From: Alphaproteobacteria bacterium bin98
GTDB taxonomy: Bacteria > Pseudomonadota > Alphaproteobacteria > Bin98
NCBI GenBank assembly: GCA_002238905.1
Contig: MPNG01000003.1
Span: 34,121-98,120 of the forward strand
Length of the DNA: 64,000 nt
Direction of reading: 5' to 3'
A program made the position numbers and the translations under genes. The notes beneath the pieces were generated by a model. It made no database searches. It saw nothing but the letters and a program-made list of their open reading frames with translations, and was not told the origin of the DNA. The first letter of the stretch is position 1, and the number at the start of each line of letters is the position of its first letter. Of the stretch, positions 47,585-57,874 are shown piece by piece.

Positions 47585-48898
47585 ATGTTTTTGTTTTCTC
47601 ATACACCAATAGAAGCTTTAGGCACGCTCTGTTTTGACTATAAAGATGGCGCATTCTTCCCATCCCAAAAAGGTCGCTTACATCTAGGAAGTCTCACCTA
47701 TATGGCTCACAACAACCAGCTGTTAGTCGCCTATATTGGCAAGCCTTGCATGCCCATAACCCTTGATTTTTCCAAACATCCTAATGATTTACAAGCGCAA
47801 CAACTATTAACAATCATCGAAAGCTCCGGCGTTGAAGAAAGCCTCAGTCAACTCAAAAGTTCTGAACCGTTTGCAGTCCTTGTGTGGTGCACGCAAACAA
47901 ACACTGTGTATGTACGGTCGCACAGCATAGGGTGCTACGCAGGACAAAACACAATCACCACAAACCCACTTTTATCCTCTCAGCCTACAGCGCTTATCGA
48001 ACAAAACACAACGTGGCGTTTTGGACAACAAACCAACACAGTCTCCACATATCATCTGCTCACCAACCACAAAACACCACCAGCGTACCCTTTGCCACAA
48101 CCTCTGACAGAGAACATTACACAGATTTCTATTTTTGCAGAAAACATGGGCCTTTGTGTATCTCGCATGATTAAAGACAGTATAGAAGGAAGCCATGGCA
48201 TTCAAACGTTTATTTTCCCAATTACCTCTCACATGCCTATAAAAGCAAGCGCCACACACCCTGTGTTTCTTCTGCCCTCACCTTTTTCTCATTATCAGCA
48301 CCTTTTGCACACACTTGCTCAGCAACCGCACGTATACGTTATAGATCCATCACGAGATTTTTTGCGCCACGATCACATGGAGCCATTGTTTCACCATATG
48401 CATCAATGGCGACATGCTATGCACATGATTACACACCAAAGCACGCCAGAGCCTATCGCTCTTAGTGATAGCTTGCAAAAAACCTTGACTCAGGCACTTC
48501 CAGAAATGCAATCATCTCTCAGGTTTTATTTAGGAAGGCATGTGTTTGCCGGATTTGCACGTGTTTGTGCGTATTACGATCAAAAACACACACGATCCGC
48601 ATCATTTCACTATCCTGCGGGAGAGCTCAAACATGGACCTCTTGCGGTAGTGGATGAGTCAGTGTTAGCTATTATTTTTTGCCCCCATGACGATATTTTC
48701 TCAAAAAACATCGCATCCATCCACGAAATTCTCTGCAGAAAAGGAAAGGTTCTTTGCTTGACAGATCAAGAAGGCGGGGATTTTATTCGTAATAATTTGG
48801 GAATAAACACCTATATATTTTCCCATCAAAGCCAGGAAGAGTTTATTATGCAAGCGTGGACAGCAATGCATTGGCTCATACATCAATTGGAGTGTTAA
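47585..48898 (+). CDS. Hypothetical protein whose C-terminus resembles the second SIS (isomerase) domain of GlmS
   Basis: The 437 aa protein has no N-terminal Cys/Ntn glutaminase motif. The C-terminal [30 protein letters not shown] matches the GlmS motif [22 protein letters not shown]. It is wedged between glmU and glmS. Confidence 0.5.
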   Translation: [437 protein letters not shown]

Positions 48899-48899
48899 T

Positions 48900-50687
48900 A
48901 TGTGTGGTATTTTTTCTTTTATATCCAGAGAGCCCTCTTCCATCGCCACAGTATTAGTGGAAGGTTTGCAAAAGATTACTTACCGTGGGTATGACTCTGT
49001 GGGAGTTTCTGTGCTCCATAATGAAGAACATCATGTGATTAAAGCGGTAGGCAATATGGATCAACTCGCGCCTCTTATGCCAAAAAAATCCTTACAAGCG
49101 CATGTTGGTATTGGACACATTCGATGGGCCACCAACGGATCTGTTTCTTTGCAAAACGCACACCCTGTAGCCTCAAAACACTTTGCGTTAGTGCATAATG
49201 GTATTATTTCCAATATCGATGACATCGCCCCCAGGCTTCCAAAAATCTCTGTTTTAAAAGGAGAGACAGACTCTGAGGTTGTGGTTCATTTTTGTGAACA
49301 TTTGTGGTCTAACAATCGTTCTTCCTTTTTTTCGCTTGAGCGAGCAGTGGAACTCTTAGAGGGTAGCTGGGCATTAGCCATAGCGTGCACAAAAAATCCA
49401 GAATCTCTCTTATTCGCTCGCAAGCAATCCCCGCTCATTATTGGCGAAGCACCTGAAGGTTTTTACTTAGCATCTGACATAGGATCTATGCCGGATACGG
49501 TAACAGAGTTAACGTTTCCGGAAGATGGGGATTACGGATTTGTTAACACAAAAGAAATTATTGTTTATAACAACAAGAAAGAGGTCGTGCGCCCCACATC
49601 CCCACATGTCACCACACAACAAACAGCAACAAAGGGATCATTTTCTTCCTTTTTGCTCAAGGAGATTCATGAGCAGCCTGATGTGGTGCGCTCTATTTTA
49701 AAAAACAATGTACAAAAGACAGAATCTTCCTCCTTCACACCATCTTTTGCAGAAAGTGTCCGCATCCGCACAGCGCGTATGCATCTCATCGCATGTGGAT
49801 CTTCTTATTACGCAAGCTTATTAGGGGTACATTGGTTGGAAAAAATTGCTAATATTGCCGCTTCACCTTACATCGCATCTGAGTATTACTGGCAGTGCGC
49901 AGAAGATAAAATGTGTGCTTTTATATCGCAATCAGGAGAAACAGCCGATATTTTACGATTGTTTTCTGAGCCTTTAAAGCCCAAAGCCAAACACACCATG
50001 TGTTTGATAAACAGCGCTCACTCTTCTTTAAGCAGATTGGTGCCTAGGGTTATCCCTTTGTATGCTGGTGTGGAGCGAAGCGTAGCTTCTACAAAGGCTT
50101 TTCTTTCCCAAATCACAACACTTTTTCTTTTGGCATGCGCCTGGGGCGGAGAAGAGGGGCGCAAACACATTGCAAAACTTGAAACACTACCCACTCTTTT
50201 GGATACCTTGATAAAGGGATCCTACGATTTTTTGGCCACCAACATTCCGCCGCTTTTAGATATCAATCACTACATTTTCTTATCTGCAGAAAATCTCTAC
50301 CCTATTATTGTCGAAGGAAGCCTAAAGATGAAGGAGCTTTCTTACATTACATCAACCGCCTACACGTTTGACAACATGCCTTTTTTGCACATTCATCCAC
50401 ACTCTATGCTGATCATTGTACTCAACAAAGATCATGAACCTTTAGCGCATGAGGCGCTTGCCTTAGCTCTTCAGGATCATGCGCCTTTTGTGATAGTCAT
50501 TACCAACGGCCCAAGCGACCTTATACCCCCACATTGCCTACATCTTGAAACTCCCGAATGTGACCACTTAGTGTTTCCTATGCTCGCAACACCTTTTTTA
50601 CAAATGATTGCGCTAGTGGTGGCGGAACATCGCGGCAGCTGCATTGATCAACCACGCAACCTGGCAAAATCCGTTACAGTTGAGTAA
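48900..50687 (+). CDS. glmS: Glutamine--fructose-6-phosphate aminotransferase
   Basis: The protein has MCGIF (N-terminal nucleophile Cys), the first SIS domain (FISQSGETADIL, VASTKAF) and the canonical C-terminus DQPRNLAKSVTVE. The segment around the ELKHGP motif is divergent (ELSYITSTAYTFDNMPFLHIHPHS). Confidence 0.8.
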   Translation: MCGIFSFISREPSSIATVLVEGLQKITYRGYDSVGVSVLHNEEHHVIKAVGNMDQLAPLMPKKSLQAHVGIGHIRWATNGSVSLQNAHPVASKHFALVHNGIISNIDDIAPRLPKISVLKGETDSEVVVHFCEHLWSNNRSSFFSLERAVELLEGSWALAIACTKNPESLLFARKQSPLIIGEAPEGFYLASDIGSMPDTVTELTFPEDGDYGFVNTKEIIVYNNKKEVVRPTSPHVTTQQTATKGSFSSFLLKEIHEQPDVVRSILKNNVQKTESSSFTPSFAESVRIRTARMHLIACGSSYYASLLGVHWLEKIANIAASPYIASEYYWQCAEDKMCAFISQSGETADILRLFSEPLKPKAKHTMCLINSAHSSLSRLVPRVIPLYAGVERSVASTKAFLSQITTLFLLACAWGGEEGRKHIAKLETLPTLLDTLIKGSYDFLATNIPPLLDINHYIFLSAENLYPIIVEGSLKMKELSYITSTAYTFDNMPFLHIHPHSMLIIVLNKDHEPLAHEALALALQDHAPFVIVITNGPSDLIPPHCLHLETPECDHLVFPMLATPFLQMIALVVAEHRGSCIDQPRNLAKSVTVE

Positions 50688-51407
50688 TTATTTTGCTAAA
50701 CTGCGGTAAGCGGTAATCAGCTTCTGTGAGTATGGGTCTTGCAATTGGTTTTCGTTTAACTGCTTTTTGGTAACAATTTCGAGGATTTCTCCTTGACGCA
50801 TAATGGCAATACGGTCTGCGAGATACTCCATGGCCACAAGCGAGTGTGCCACAAAAAAGTAGGTAAGATTGTGCGTTTTCTTAAGATCACGCAAAAGCTT
50901 TAGCACACGCCCTTTAATGTACGCATCCAAAGCGGATGTGGGTTCATCAAGAAACACTACCTTTGGTTTGCAAATAAGAGCGCGTGCAATACACACACGC
51001 TGTCTTTGTCCACCGGAGAGTTCGTGTGGGTAACGTCGCAAAAAAGACTGATCCAGATACGTTTCTGAAAGCGCTTGTTCAATGCGCTCTTGCGCGCAGT
51101 CCATTTCCCCTCGTAAATACAGAGGCTCCTGTAAAATAAACTCCACCGTATGGCGTGGGTGCAACCCTCCCACGGGATCTTGCGGAACAAGGTGAATACC
51201 ATCAATAATATCCACCTCTCCCTGATAGGCGTTAAATCTTCCTGTGAGCACTCTTGTTATTAACGACTTACCGGCGCCTGATTCACCTAAAACGCCAAAG
51301 GTTTCGCCTGGATGAACGGAAAAACTAACATTATCCAACAACTTTTCTTGCGGTCTATTGGGGTTGTAAACATTGAGATTTTTAACAGAAAGATATGCGT
51401 TTGTCAT
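50688..51407 (-). CDS. ABC transporter ATP-binding protein (DppF/OppF-like)
   Basis: The protein has GESGAGKS (Walker A), LSGGQRQRVCIARAL (signature) and FLDEPTSALD (Walker B). Confidence 0.8.
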   Translation of the reverse strand: MTNAYLSVKNLNVYNPNRPQEKLLDNVSFSVHPGETFGVLGESGAGKSLITRVLTGRFNAYQGEVDIIDGIHLVPQDPVGGLHPRHTVEFILQEPLYLRGEMDCAQERIEQALSETYLDQSFLRRYPHELSGGQRQRVCIARALICKPKVVFLDEPTSALDAYIKGRVLKLLRDLKKTHNLTYFFVAHSLVAMEYLADRIAIMRQGEILEIVTKKQLNENQLQDPYSQKLITAYRSLAK

Positions 51408-52168
51408 TGCGTTATGGCCGTTAATAGTTTGCGTGTGTGGGGATGAACAGACTGCTTCAGGTTTTTGGATAAAATATTTTCTACCACACGCCCTTCATGC
51501 ATCACGATAATTCTGTCGGTAAAGTTACGCACCATATTGATATCATGACTAATCAGCAAAAACGAAGCTTGGCGCGTGGATAGGTCTTGATCAATCAAAC
51601 GAAGTATCTCCACTCCTACAGGCGCATCCAGCGATGAGGTGGGCTCATCACCAATAAGAAGCAGGGGTTTTAATGCCATCATCATAGCCACCATAACCCG
51701 CTGCGCCATGCCACCAGAAAGCTGTCCTGGATAACTTTTTGCAATGCGGTCTGCCTCAAAAAGTTGCACGCTGTGCAAGAGTCGTTTTACTTCTAAAAAC
51801 TTTTCCACTTTGCTCATATAACCTGGAAGTGCTTCCCCTATTTGCTTTTCTACAGTCATCATGGGATTTAAAGCGACCAACGGGTCTTGCAAAATAACGG
51901 CAATGGGAAGGTGTTCCGCTTTGCAATATTCTCCTGCATTATAAATAGGGGTATCATGAAAGTATATTTTTGTACTTTCAGACGGTACAGCCTGGGATGG
52001 TAAGATGCCCAGAACTGCACGCATAATCATTGTTTTTCCAGCGCCAGATGCACCCACAACAGCTACTTTTTCATTACGGCGAATACACAGGGAGATGTCG
52101 TGCAAAACCTGTATAGGTTCTTTACCCTTTCTTTCTATGTTTAAAGAAAATTTCTCTATTCTTAACAT
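51404..52168 (-). CDS. ABC transporter ATP-binding protein (DppD/OppD-like)
   Basis: The protein has GASGAGKT, LSGGMAQRVMVAMMMAL and LIGDEPTSSLD. Confidence 0.8.
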   Translation of the reverse strand: MLRIEKFSLNIERKGKEPIQVLHDISLCIRRNEKVAVVGASGAGKTMIMRAVLGILPSQAVPSESTKIYFHDTPIYNAGEYCKAEHLPIAVILQDPLVALNPMMTVEKQIGEALPGYMSKVEKFLEVKRLLHSVQLFEADRIAKSYPGQLSGGMAQRVMVAMMMALKPLLLIGDEPTSSLDAPVGVEILRLIDQDLSTRQASFLLISHDINMVRNFTDRIIVMHEGRVVENILSKNLKQSVHPHTRKLLTAITQ

Positions 52169-52169
52169 T

Positions 52170-53009
52170 TTAAAGCTCCTTAGGGTTTAAAACATCCCGC
52201 AATGCATCTCCAAGGGAGTTCATAGAAAAACTCAGTAAGAAAATACTTCCTCCTGGCACAATAGCCACCCATGGGTGCGTAAGAAGGAATGAGCTGCCTT
52301 GTGCTGCCATATAGCCCCATTCAGGGACATCTGTGGATACCCCTAATCCCAAAAATCCTAAGCTAGCTGCGGTGAGTACAACAGTGGAACAGTCAAGAGA
52401 GGCTCTGACCACTGCTGATGGCAGAACAATAGGAGCCAAGTGATAGCGCAGTATGTAAAGAAAACTTGCTCCCTGAAGACGGGCAATATGGATAAAATCA
52501 GACTCTTTAATTTGTATAGTTTCCACGCAAGCAAGACGTGTATAAGCGGGCCAAATCGCAACCGAGATAGAAACGATCATCACTCCCCATCCTGTGCGTC
52601 CAAAAAGCGCTGGAACCATCATCGCAACCACTAATCTTGGAATAGAAATCCAAACATCCGTAAAACGCAAAGCGGCTTTTTGAAGAAATCCTCCTCTGTA
52701 TCCGGCAATAACACCAAGGCACACACCAAAAGGAACAGAAAACAGCATAGTGCAAATCACAATAATAAAAGCAGTCCTTGTTCCATAAACAATTCTAGAA
52801 AACAAATCACGGCCTATATCATCTGTTCCCAAAAAGTGCTGAAAAGAGAATCCCTGCATACGGTCCTGAATGGTTACAGAATCTGGCGTTTGTGCAGCAA
52901 AGAACGATGGGAAAAGGGCAAACAGCACAAAAACCATAAAAACAAAAAGAGAAACGAGTGCGACTTTATTGTGCGCAATTTCACGTAAAAAATTCTGACG
53001 TATCATCAT
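52170..53009 (-). CDS. ABC transporter permease (DppC/OppC-like)
   Basis: The 279 aa protein has 6 TM segments and a BPD_transp_1-like EAA loop region. Confidence 0.7.
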   Translation of the reverse strand: MMIRQNFLREIAHNKVALVSLFVFMVFVLFALFPSFFAAQTPDSVTIQDRMQGFSFQHFLGTDDIGRDLFSRIVYGTRTAFIIVICTMLFSVPFGVCLGVIAGYRGGFLQKAALRFTDVWISIPRLVVAMMVPALFGRTGWGVMIVSISVAIWPAYTRLACVETIQIKESDFIHIARLQGASFLYILRYHLAPIVLPSAVVRASLDCSTVVLTAASLGFLGLGVSTDVPEWGYMAAQGSSFLLTHPWVAIVPGGSIFLLSFSMNSLGDALRDVLNPKEL

Positions 53010-53992
53010 GTTTTACTCCTTTGAGAAGGGGTTTGAGGATAAGACATATCCACAAAAGTATCTACAAGAAAATTACACGAAAGCACAATCACTCCCACTA
53101 TAAGGGTTGTACCCATAATAGCTGTTTCATCATGAGCCAACACAGCACGTACTAAGTACGACCCTATACCGTTTAAAGAAAATACTGTTTCTGTAATCAC
53201 AGATCCCTCTAATAGCTGTGTATAGGAAAGAATCAGAACCGGCAAAAGGCGCGGCATAATATTAGGCATCATGTGCACAAAAAATACACGCGTAAAAGAG
53301 AGGTGTTTGATTTTTGCTGTAATCATATACTGAGCAGAAATTTCGTGCAAGACAAACCCTCGCATCATACGCGTAATATAGGCAAGGGCGATATAAGCCA
53401 AGAGCACAGCAGGTGGCCATAGAATAAGCCAACTTTCTGCAAGTGCATTCCAGTCTCTCCTGATCAAAGATCTGATCAGCCCTGTCTGCATATCTCCTAA
53501 ATGAAGGCCACTTTGTCCCATAGAAAGCGCTAGCATTAAGACGCCATATCCTATTAAAAAGTTAGGAACGCTGTGCCCAATAAAAACAAATGACCTTACT
53601 ATCTTATCTAGCCTTCCTTTTTTAAAGGCACACAGTACTCCTAGCGGAATGCCGATAAATATACCAAAAAGAAGCGCAATGGTTGCTAACTCTAGAGTTA
53701 AGGGCAAAACACGCTGCAAATCTTGCCAAACGGGTTTTTTGGTCAAAAATGATACTCCTATATCACCAGAGAGCAATCCTTTTACATAATAACAAAATCT
53801 TATGATAACGGGCTTGTCTAAACCCAAGCTCTTAGCGGTAGCATCGTATATTTCTTGTGTAGCGCTTTCTCCTATGAGCGCAATCACCGGATCTACCGGA
53901 TTCATTACACTCATAACAAAAGTAAAAAGCAGTAATATTAAAAGAGAAAATACAAACCAATACGTGTGTTTAAGAAACCTTCCTATATCCAT
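53006..53992 (-). CDS. ABC transporter permease (DppB/OppB-like)
   Basis: The 328 aa polytopic membrane protein overlaps its neighbours by start/stop in the operon. Confidence 0.7.
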   Translation of the reverse strand: MDIGRFLKHTYWFVFSLLILLLFTFVMSVMNPVDPVIALIGESATQEIYDATAKSLGLDKPVIIRFCYYVKGLLSGDIGVSFLTKKPVWQDLQRVLPLTLELATIALLFGIFIGIPLGVLCAFKKGRLDKIVRSFVFIGHSVPNFLIGYGVLMLALSMGQSGLHLGDMQTGLIRSLIRRDWNALAESWLILWPPAVLLAYIALAYITRMMRGFVLHEISAQYMITAKIKHLSFTRVFFVHMMPNIMPRLLPVLILSYTQLLEGSVITETVFSLNGIGSYLVRAVLAHDETAIMGTTLIVGVIVLSCNFLVDTFVDMSYPQTPSQRSKT

Positions 53993-55554
53993 TACACATC
54001 TTTCTTGTAAAGGTGGTGATAAATCAGCGCTTCCTTTATAAATATCCTTGGACCCGACAAGCGCTTAGAAAAGAGTATAGTTGCATAAATTTCAGCTAAG
54101 GGTATCAAAGGCACTTTTTGGTAACGTCTTTGAATTTCTTCATAAATTTTAGTACGCTCTGTAGTATCCATAATAGTTGATGCTTTATGTGCCATTTCTT
54201 GCAAACCCTCTACATCAAGGCTATTACGCCACGCTACGAACGTTACCGCCTGTGATTCATTTTGAGGCAACAGGACAAACGTTGTAATAAAAGTGTGGGG
54301 ATCGTTATAATCAGCACCAAACATCTTAAGACTCATTTGATGCTGTCTTTTGCGCAAACGAGAGATAGCTTGACGGGCATCAAAATAGTTTAATTTCAAC
54401 TTAATACCACCTTTTGCAAAAATGCTTTGGTAAACCTGAGCAAGCGCTAACATGGATGTATCAAATTCTATTTCGATGTCTCCCCCATATTCTGCATGAA
54501 TGATTTCTCGCGCTTTTTCTGGGTTAAATTCAGGAAGTTCTGGATTTGTTATATGCCCCAAAAATCCACTTGGCACAAGAGTTGGCAAAGGTTGAGCAAC
54601 TTTTTCTCCCAACACCTTACTCATGACTGAATAATCGATAAGGTGACGAATGGCTTGATGTACAGCAGGGTTTTTAAGGTACTTGTTAGATTGATTAAGA
54701 TTTAAGTACCAAATCTGCGCTTTGCTTATGTACTCCAAATCATATTTTTCCTTATCAACGCTTTCGCTTTGTTCTTGTGGTAAATCACGAATGATATCCA
54801 CCTCTCCTCTTTTTAGGAGAAGCATTTGCGTCGCTACATCACCAACATGACGCAATATCACGGTTGTAAATTTAATATCATCAGAATCTTCATAGTAAGG
54901 GTTCCTCTTCATAGTCAGAACTTCCCCTGGCTGCCACACACCCAACATAAGAGGACCACTACCTGCTCCTGCTGAGCGCAACCAGGCCGCACCATAGTCA
55001 TCATTTACTGTATGCTCTTTCACAAGCGCCGCATCCAAGATCGAGGATGCACTTGCAGCTAAGCACGTCAAAACAAGATCTTTGCTTAGCGGATTCTGAA
55101 ATTCTAGCTCTACTGTGTGTGGGTCCACCTCTCTAATGTGTTGACGCACACTCTGCGGTGTAAACCCTAAAGGCGCAAACATGATGTATGCCGCCTTTTG
55201 CATTAACACCAACCTTCTCAAAGAGTAAACAACATCTTCCGCGGTCACAACGTTGCCGGAAGAGAAGTATTGATCTTTTTTGATGGTTAAGCGCAGAATT
55301 TTTCCGCCTTCTACAAACTCGTAAGATTCGACCAAATCATTTTGCACAGCACCACCAATAGTTTTAAATAACCTTTGGTAAGTGTTGAAAATGAAGTCCA
55401 TACACTCAGTTTCAAAAACATCGGCTGGATCTAAAGTGATAATAGACGATAATTTTTGAGCCACGATGAGCCTTGATTTCGAAGAAGAGTCTTTCGAACA
55501 ATTACCAAGCCCTAGCAAAATAGCTAGCGCAATCAACCAATTTTTTTTAAACAT
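53992..55554 (-). CDS. Periplasmic substrate-binding lipoprotein, SBP family 5 (peptide/opp-dpp type)
   Basis: The 520 aa protein has a signal with lipobox (LGLGNCS). Its size and sequence pattern match DppA/OppA-like SBPs, and it is the first gene of the ABC operon. Confidence 0.7.
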   Translation of the reverse strand: MFKKNWLIALAILLGLGNCSKDSSSKSRLIVAQKLSSIITLDPADVFETECMDFIFNTYQRLFKTIGGAVQNDLVESYEFVEGGKILRLTIKKDQYFSSGNVVTAEDVVYSLRRLVLMQKAAYIMFAPLGFTPQSVRQHIREVDPHTVELEFQNPLSKDLVLTCLAASASSILDAALVKEHTVNDDYGAAWLRSAGAGSGPLMLGVWQPGEVLTMKRNPYYEDSDDIKFTTVILRHVGDVATQMLLLKRGEVDIIRDLPQEQSESVDKEKYDLEYISKAQIWYLNLNQSNKYLKNPAVHQAIRHLIDYSVMSKVLGEKVAQPLPTLVPSGFLGHITNPELPEFNPEKAREIIHAEYGGDIEIEFDTSMLALAQVYQSIFAKGGIKLKLNYFDARQAISRLRKRQHQMSLKMFGADYNDPHTFITTFVLLPQNESQAVTFVAWRNSLDVEGLQEMAHKASTIMDTTERTKIYEEIQRRYQKVPLIPLAEIYATILFSKRLSGPRIFIKEALIYHHLYKKDV

Positions 55555-57242
55555 TACTTCACCTTTTTGTTGAGATCATCTTCGGAAAAATTTCCTCCCA
55601 AGATTTCCTTCAAACTAGCACCGCTGCTAACAGAACCATACTGCTCCATCACCTGCTGCTCTTCCTCTATCTCACGCTGGCGCACAGATAGCAATAGTGT
55701 GTCACTTTTTTTGTTGTATCCTACAAAGCTAGCGTCCACCCTGTCACCTTGTGCATACCGCCTATCAGCTTGCAATCCACGCTCTTTGGCAAGATCGGTA
55801 CGACGAATAAATCCACGAACCCCTTCCTTAACCTCAACAATCACTCCCGTTTCCAAGACGTGAACAACTGAGCACGTAACAACATCACCTTTACGCAATT
55901 TCTTACAGTAGTCCTGCACTGGGCTTGCTACAGAACCTTTCACGCTAAATGTAACACCTTCACCATAAAGATCAACACTTACAACACGCGCTTGGTGCGT
56001 AGATCCCACCTCAATACTGTCCAAAGCTTCTTGATCCTGTAAACCCCAGGCAATTTCATCCGCAGGCACAAACCCTGTGGAATTATCAACACTTTTTACA
56101 GTAAGACCACTACGTTGTTTTTCAACAACTTCGATACTGACTACAGATCCAGCCGGGTACTTCTCAACAAATGCCTGCCAAGGGTTTTCTTCAACCTGCC
56201 TTTTGCTAAGAGTGAAACGCCTCTTCTGACGGTCAACATCTAAAACACGAGCATCAAATTTCTCACCAACTTTAACAAAGTCGGTAGCTTTAATTTGGCG
56301 ACCAAGATACCATGACATTTCTTTCACGTGAACAAACCCTTCAATATTTTTGTCCAAAAGAACAAACACACCGTACTCCTGCACATGGATTGTTTCTACT
56401 GTGCGAATATCACCAATCAAAATTCTCTTTTCTGCCTCTAACCAAGGATCTTGCTCTAGTTGCTTCATACCCAAAGAAATACGACCCGTTTCTCTGTTCA
56501 TCTTAATAACCTTAACGGTCACTTTTTGTCCAACCTTCAGAACATCACCAGGCGAGTGCACGTGTCCCCACGCTATATCTGTCACGTGAAGCAAACCATC
56601 TTTGCCACCAATATCAACAAAAGCGCCATAATCTGTAAGGTTTTTCACAATACCTTCGACAACAGAGCCCTCTTCTACAGAATCAGAGGTAGCGCTGGCA
56701 GATGGACGATAAGAAACAACTATACTGCCCTTATCTCTCTCAACACTCACAACTTTAAATTGCTGCGTAGATCCCAAAAATCCTCCTGGGCTGGGCATGT
56801 GTGAATCAATTTGACTAAAAGGCAAAAATGCAGCAATGCCACAAAGGTTAACCACATAACCACCGCGCACTCTGCTATACACAGTACCTTCAAAACATTC
56901 TTCGGTATCAACACTTGCACACAACTCGTCCAGCGTACGCTCACAACGCGCACGCGCATAGCTTGCAACCGTCTCACCTGAGCTGCTTTCCACACGCTCA
57001 ATGTACACCTCTATGGAATCACCTGGAGAAAGCTGCGCCAGCTCCTCACCAAACTCACGCACCGGGATGCATACCTCTGATTTCAATCCAACATTAACGA
57101 TGACATGATCGCTATTTATAGAATCAATTGTTGCGCAACATAACGACTTGCGCACACGGCCTATCTTCTCAACCGCTTCCTTAAATTCTTGTTCAAATTT
57201 TGCGTCTAAAACGCCTTCTTCTCTTTCCATTAATCCAACCAA
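55554..57242 (-). CDS. rpsA: 30S ribosomal protein S1
   Basis: The 562 aa protein has six S1 repeats, each with the G.V......G.FV..G pattern. Confidence 0.85.
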   Translation of the reverse strand: MVGLMEREEGVLDAKFEQEFKEAVEKIGRVRKSLCCATIDSINSDHVIVNVGLKSEVCIPVREFGEELAQLSPGDSIEVYIERVESSSGETVASYARARCERTLDELCASVDTEECFEGTVYSRVRGGYVVNLCGIAAFLPFSQIDSHMPSPGGFLGSTQQFKVVSVERDKGSIVVSYRPSASATSDSVEEGSVVEGIVKNLTDYGAFVDIGGKDGLLHVTDIAWGHVHSPGDVLKVGQKVTVKVIKMNRETGRISLGMKQLEQDPWLEAEKRILIGDIRTVETIHVQEYGVFVLLDKNIEGFVHVKEMSWYLGRQIKATDFVKVGEKFDARVLDVDRQKRRFTLSKRQVEENPWQAFVEKYPAGSVVSIEVVEKQRSGLTVKSVDNSTGFVPADEIAWGLQDQEALDSIEVGSTHQARVVSVDLYGEGVTFSVKGSVASPVQDYCKKLRKGDVVTCSVVHVLETGVIVEVKEGVRGFIRRTDLAKERGLQADRRYAQGDRVDASFVGYNKKSDTLLLSVRQREIEEEQQVMEQYGSVSSGASLKEILGGNFSEDDLNKKVK

Positions 57243-57271
57243 TCTTTAGCCATTATATACTCTTTGACGCA

Positions 57272-57874
57272 TTAGGGCAAATATATAAAACTATACACTT
57301 GATCCAAGACCTCATTCTTGCTATGAAGAGTCGTATCCAAAACAATAGCTCCATCCGGAACCACCAATGGGGCCACTTCTCTTTCTCTGTCTCTTTTATC
57401 TCTTAACTTCATCTTGGCTAACACATCTTCTACGCGCAACCCCAACTCCTCCGCGCGTCTTTGAGCGCACACCAAAACATCTGCCGTAAGAAAAAATTTA
57501 TGAGTGGCTTGCGGCCAAATCACACTGCCGGCGTCCCGGCCATCCATCACAACATGTGAGCGCTCCAGAAAATGTGTAATCTCTTTTCTTTGAATCATCA
57601 AAGCCTGCTCTCTAACCTCCGCTATAGCTGCAAGCTCCGAAGCCTTATGACCCACGCGCTCTTCTTTGAGCAGCAAGGCATCCTCTTCATTGTTCATCAA
57701 CACTTGACTCACAGAGTCCGCAACATCACACCCCCTCTCAAGAGCTAAAAGCGCCAGCCGCCTATAGATAGCGCCCGTTGAGTAAAACGTGCCTTGCATT
57801 TTTTCTGCCAAAGCCACCCCCAACACACTTTTCCCCGTTCCTGAAGCACCATCAATAGTCACACTAACATTCAT
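57272..57874 (-). CDS. cmk: Cytidylate kinase
   Basis: The 200 aa protein has the P-loop IDGASGTGKS and CMP-binding motifs. Confidence 0.8.
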   Translation of the reverse strand: MNVSVTIDGASGTGKSVLGVALAEKMQGTFYSTGAIYRRLALLALERGCDVADSVSQVLMNNEEDALLLKEERVGHKASELAAIAEVREQALMIQRKEITHFLERSHVVMDGRDAGSVIWPQATHKFFLTADVLVCAQRRAEELGLRVEDVLAKMKLRDKRDREREVAPLVVPDGAIVLDTTLHSKNEVLDQVYSFIYLP

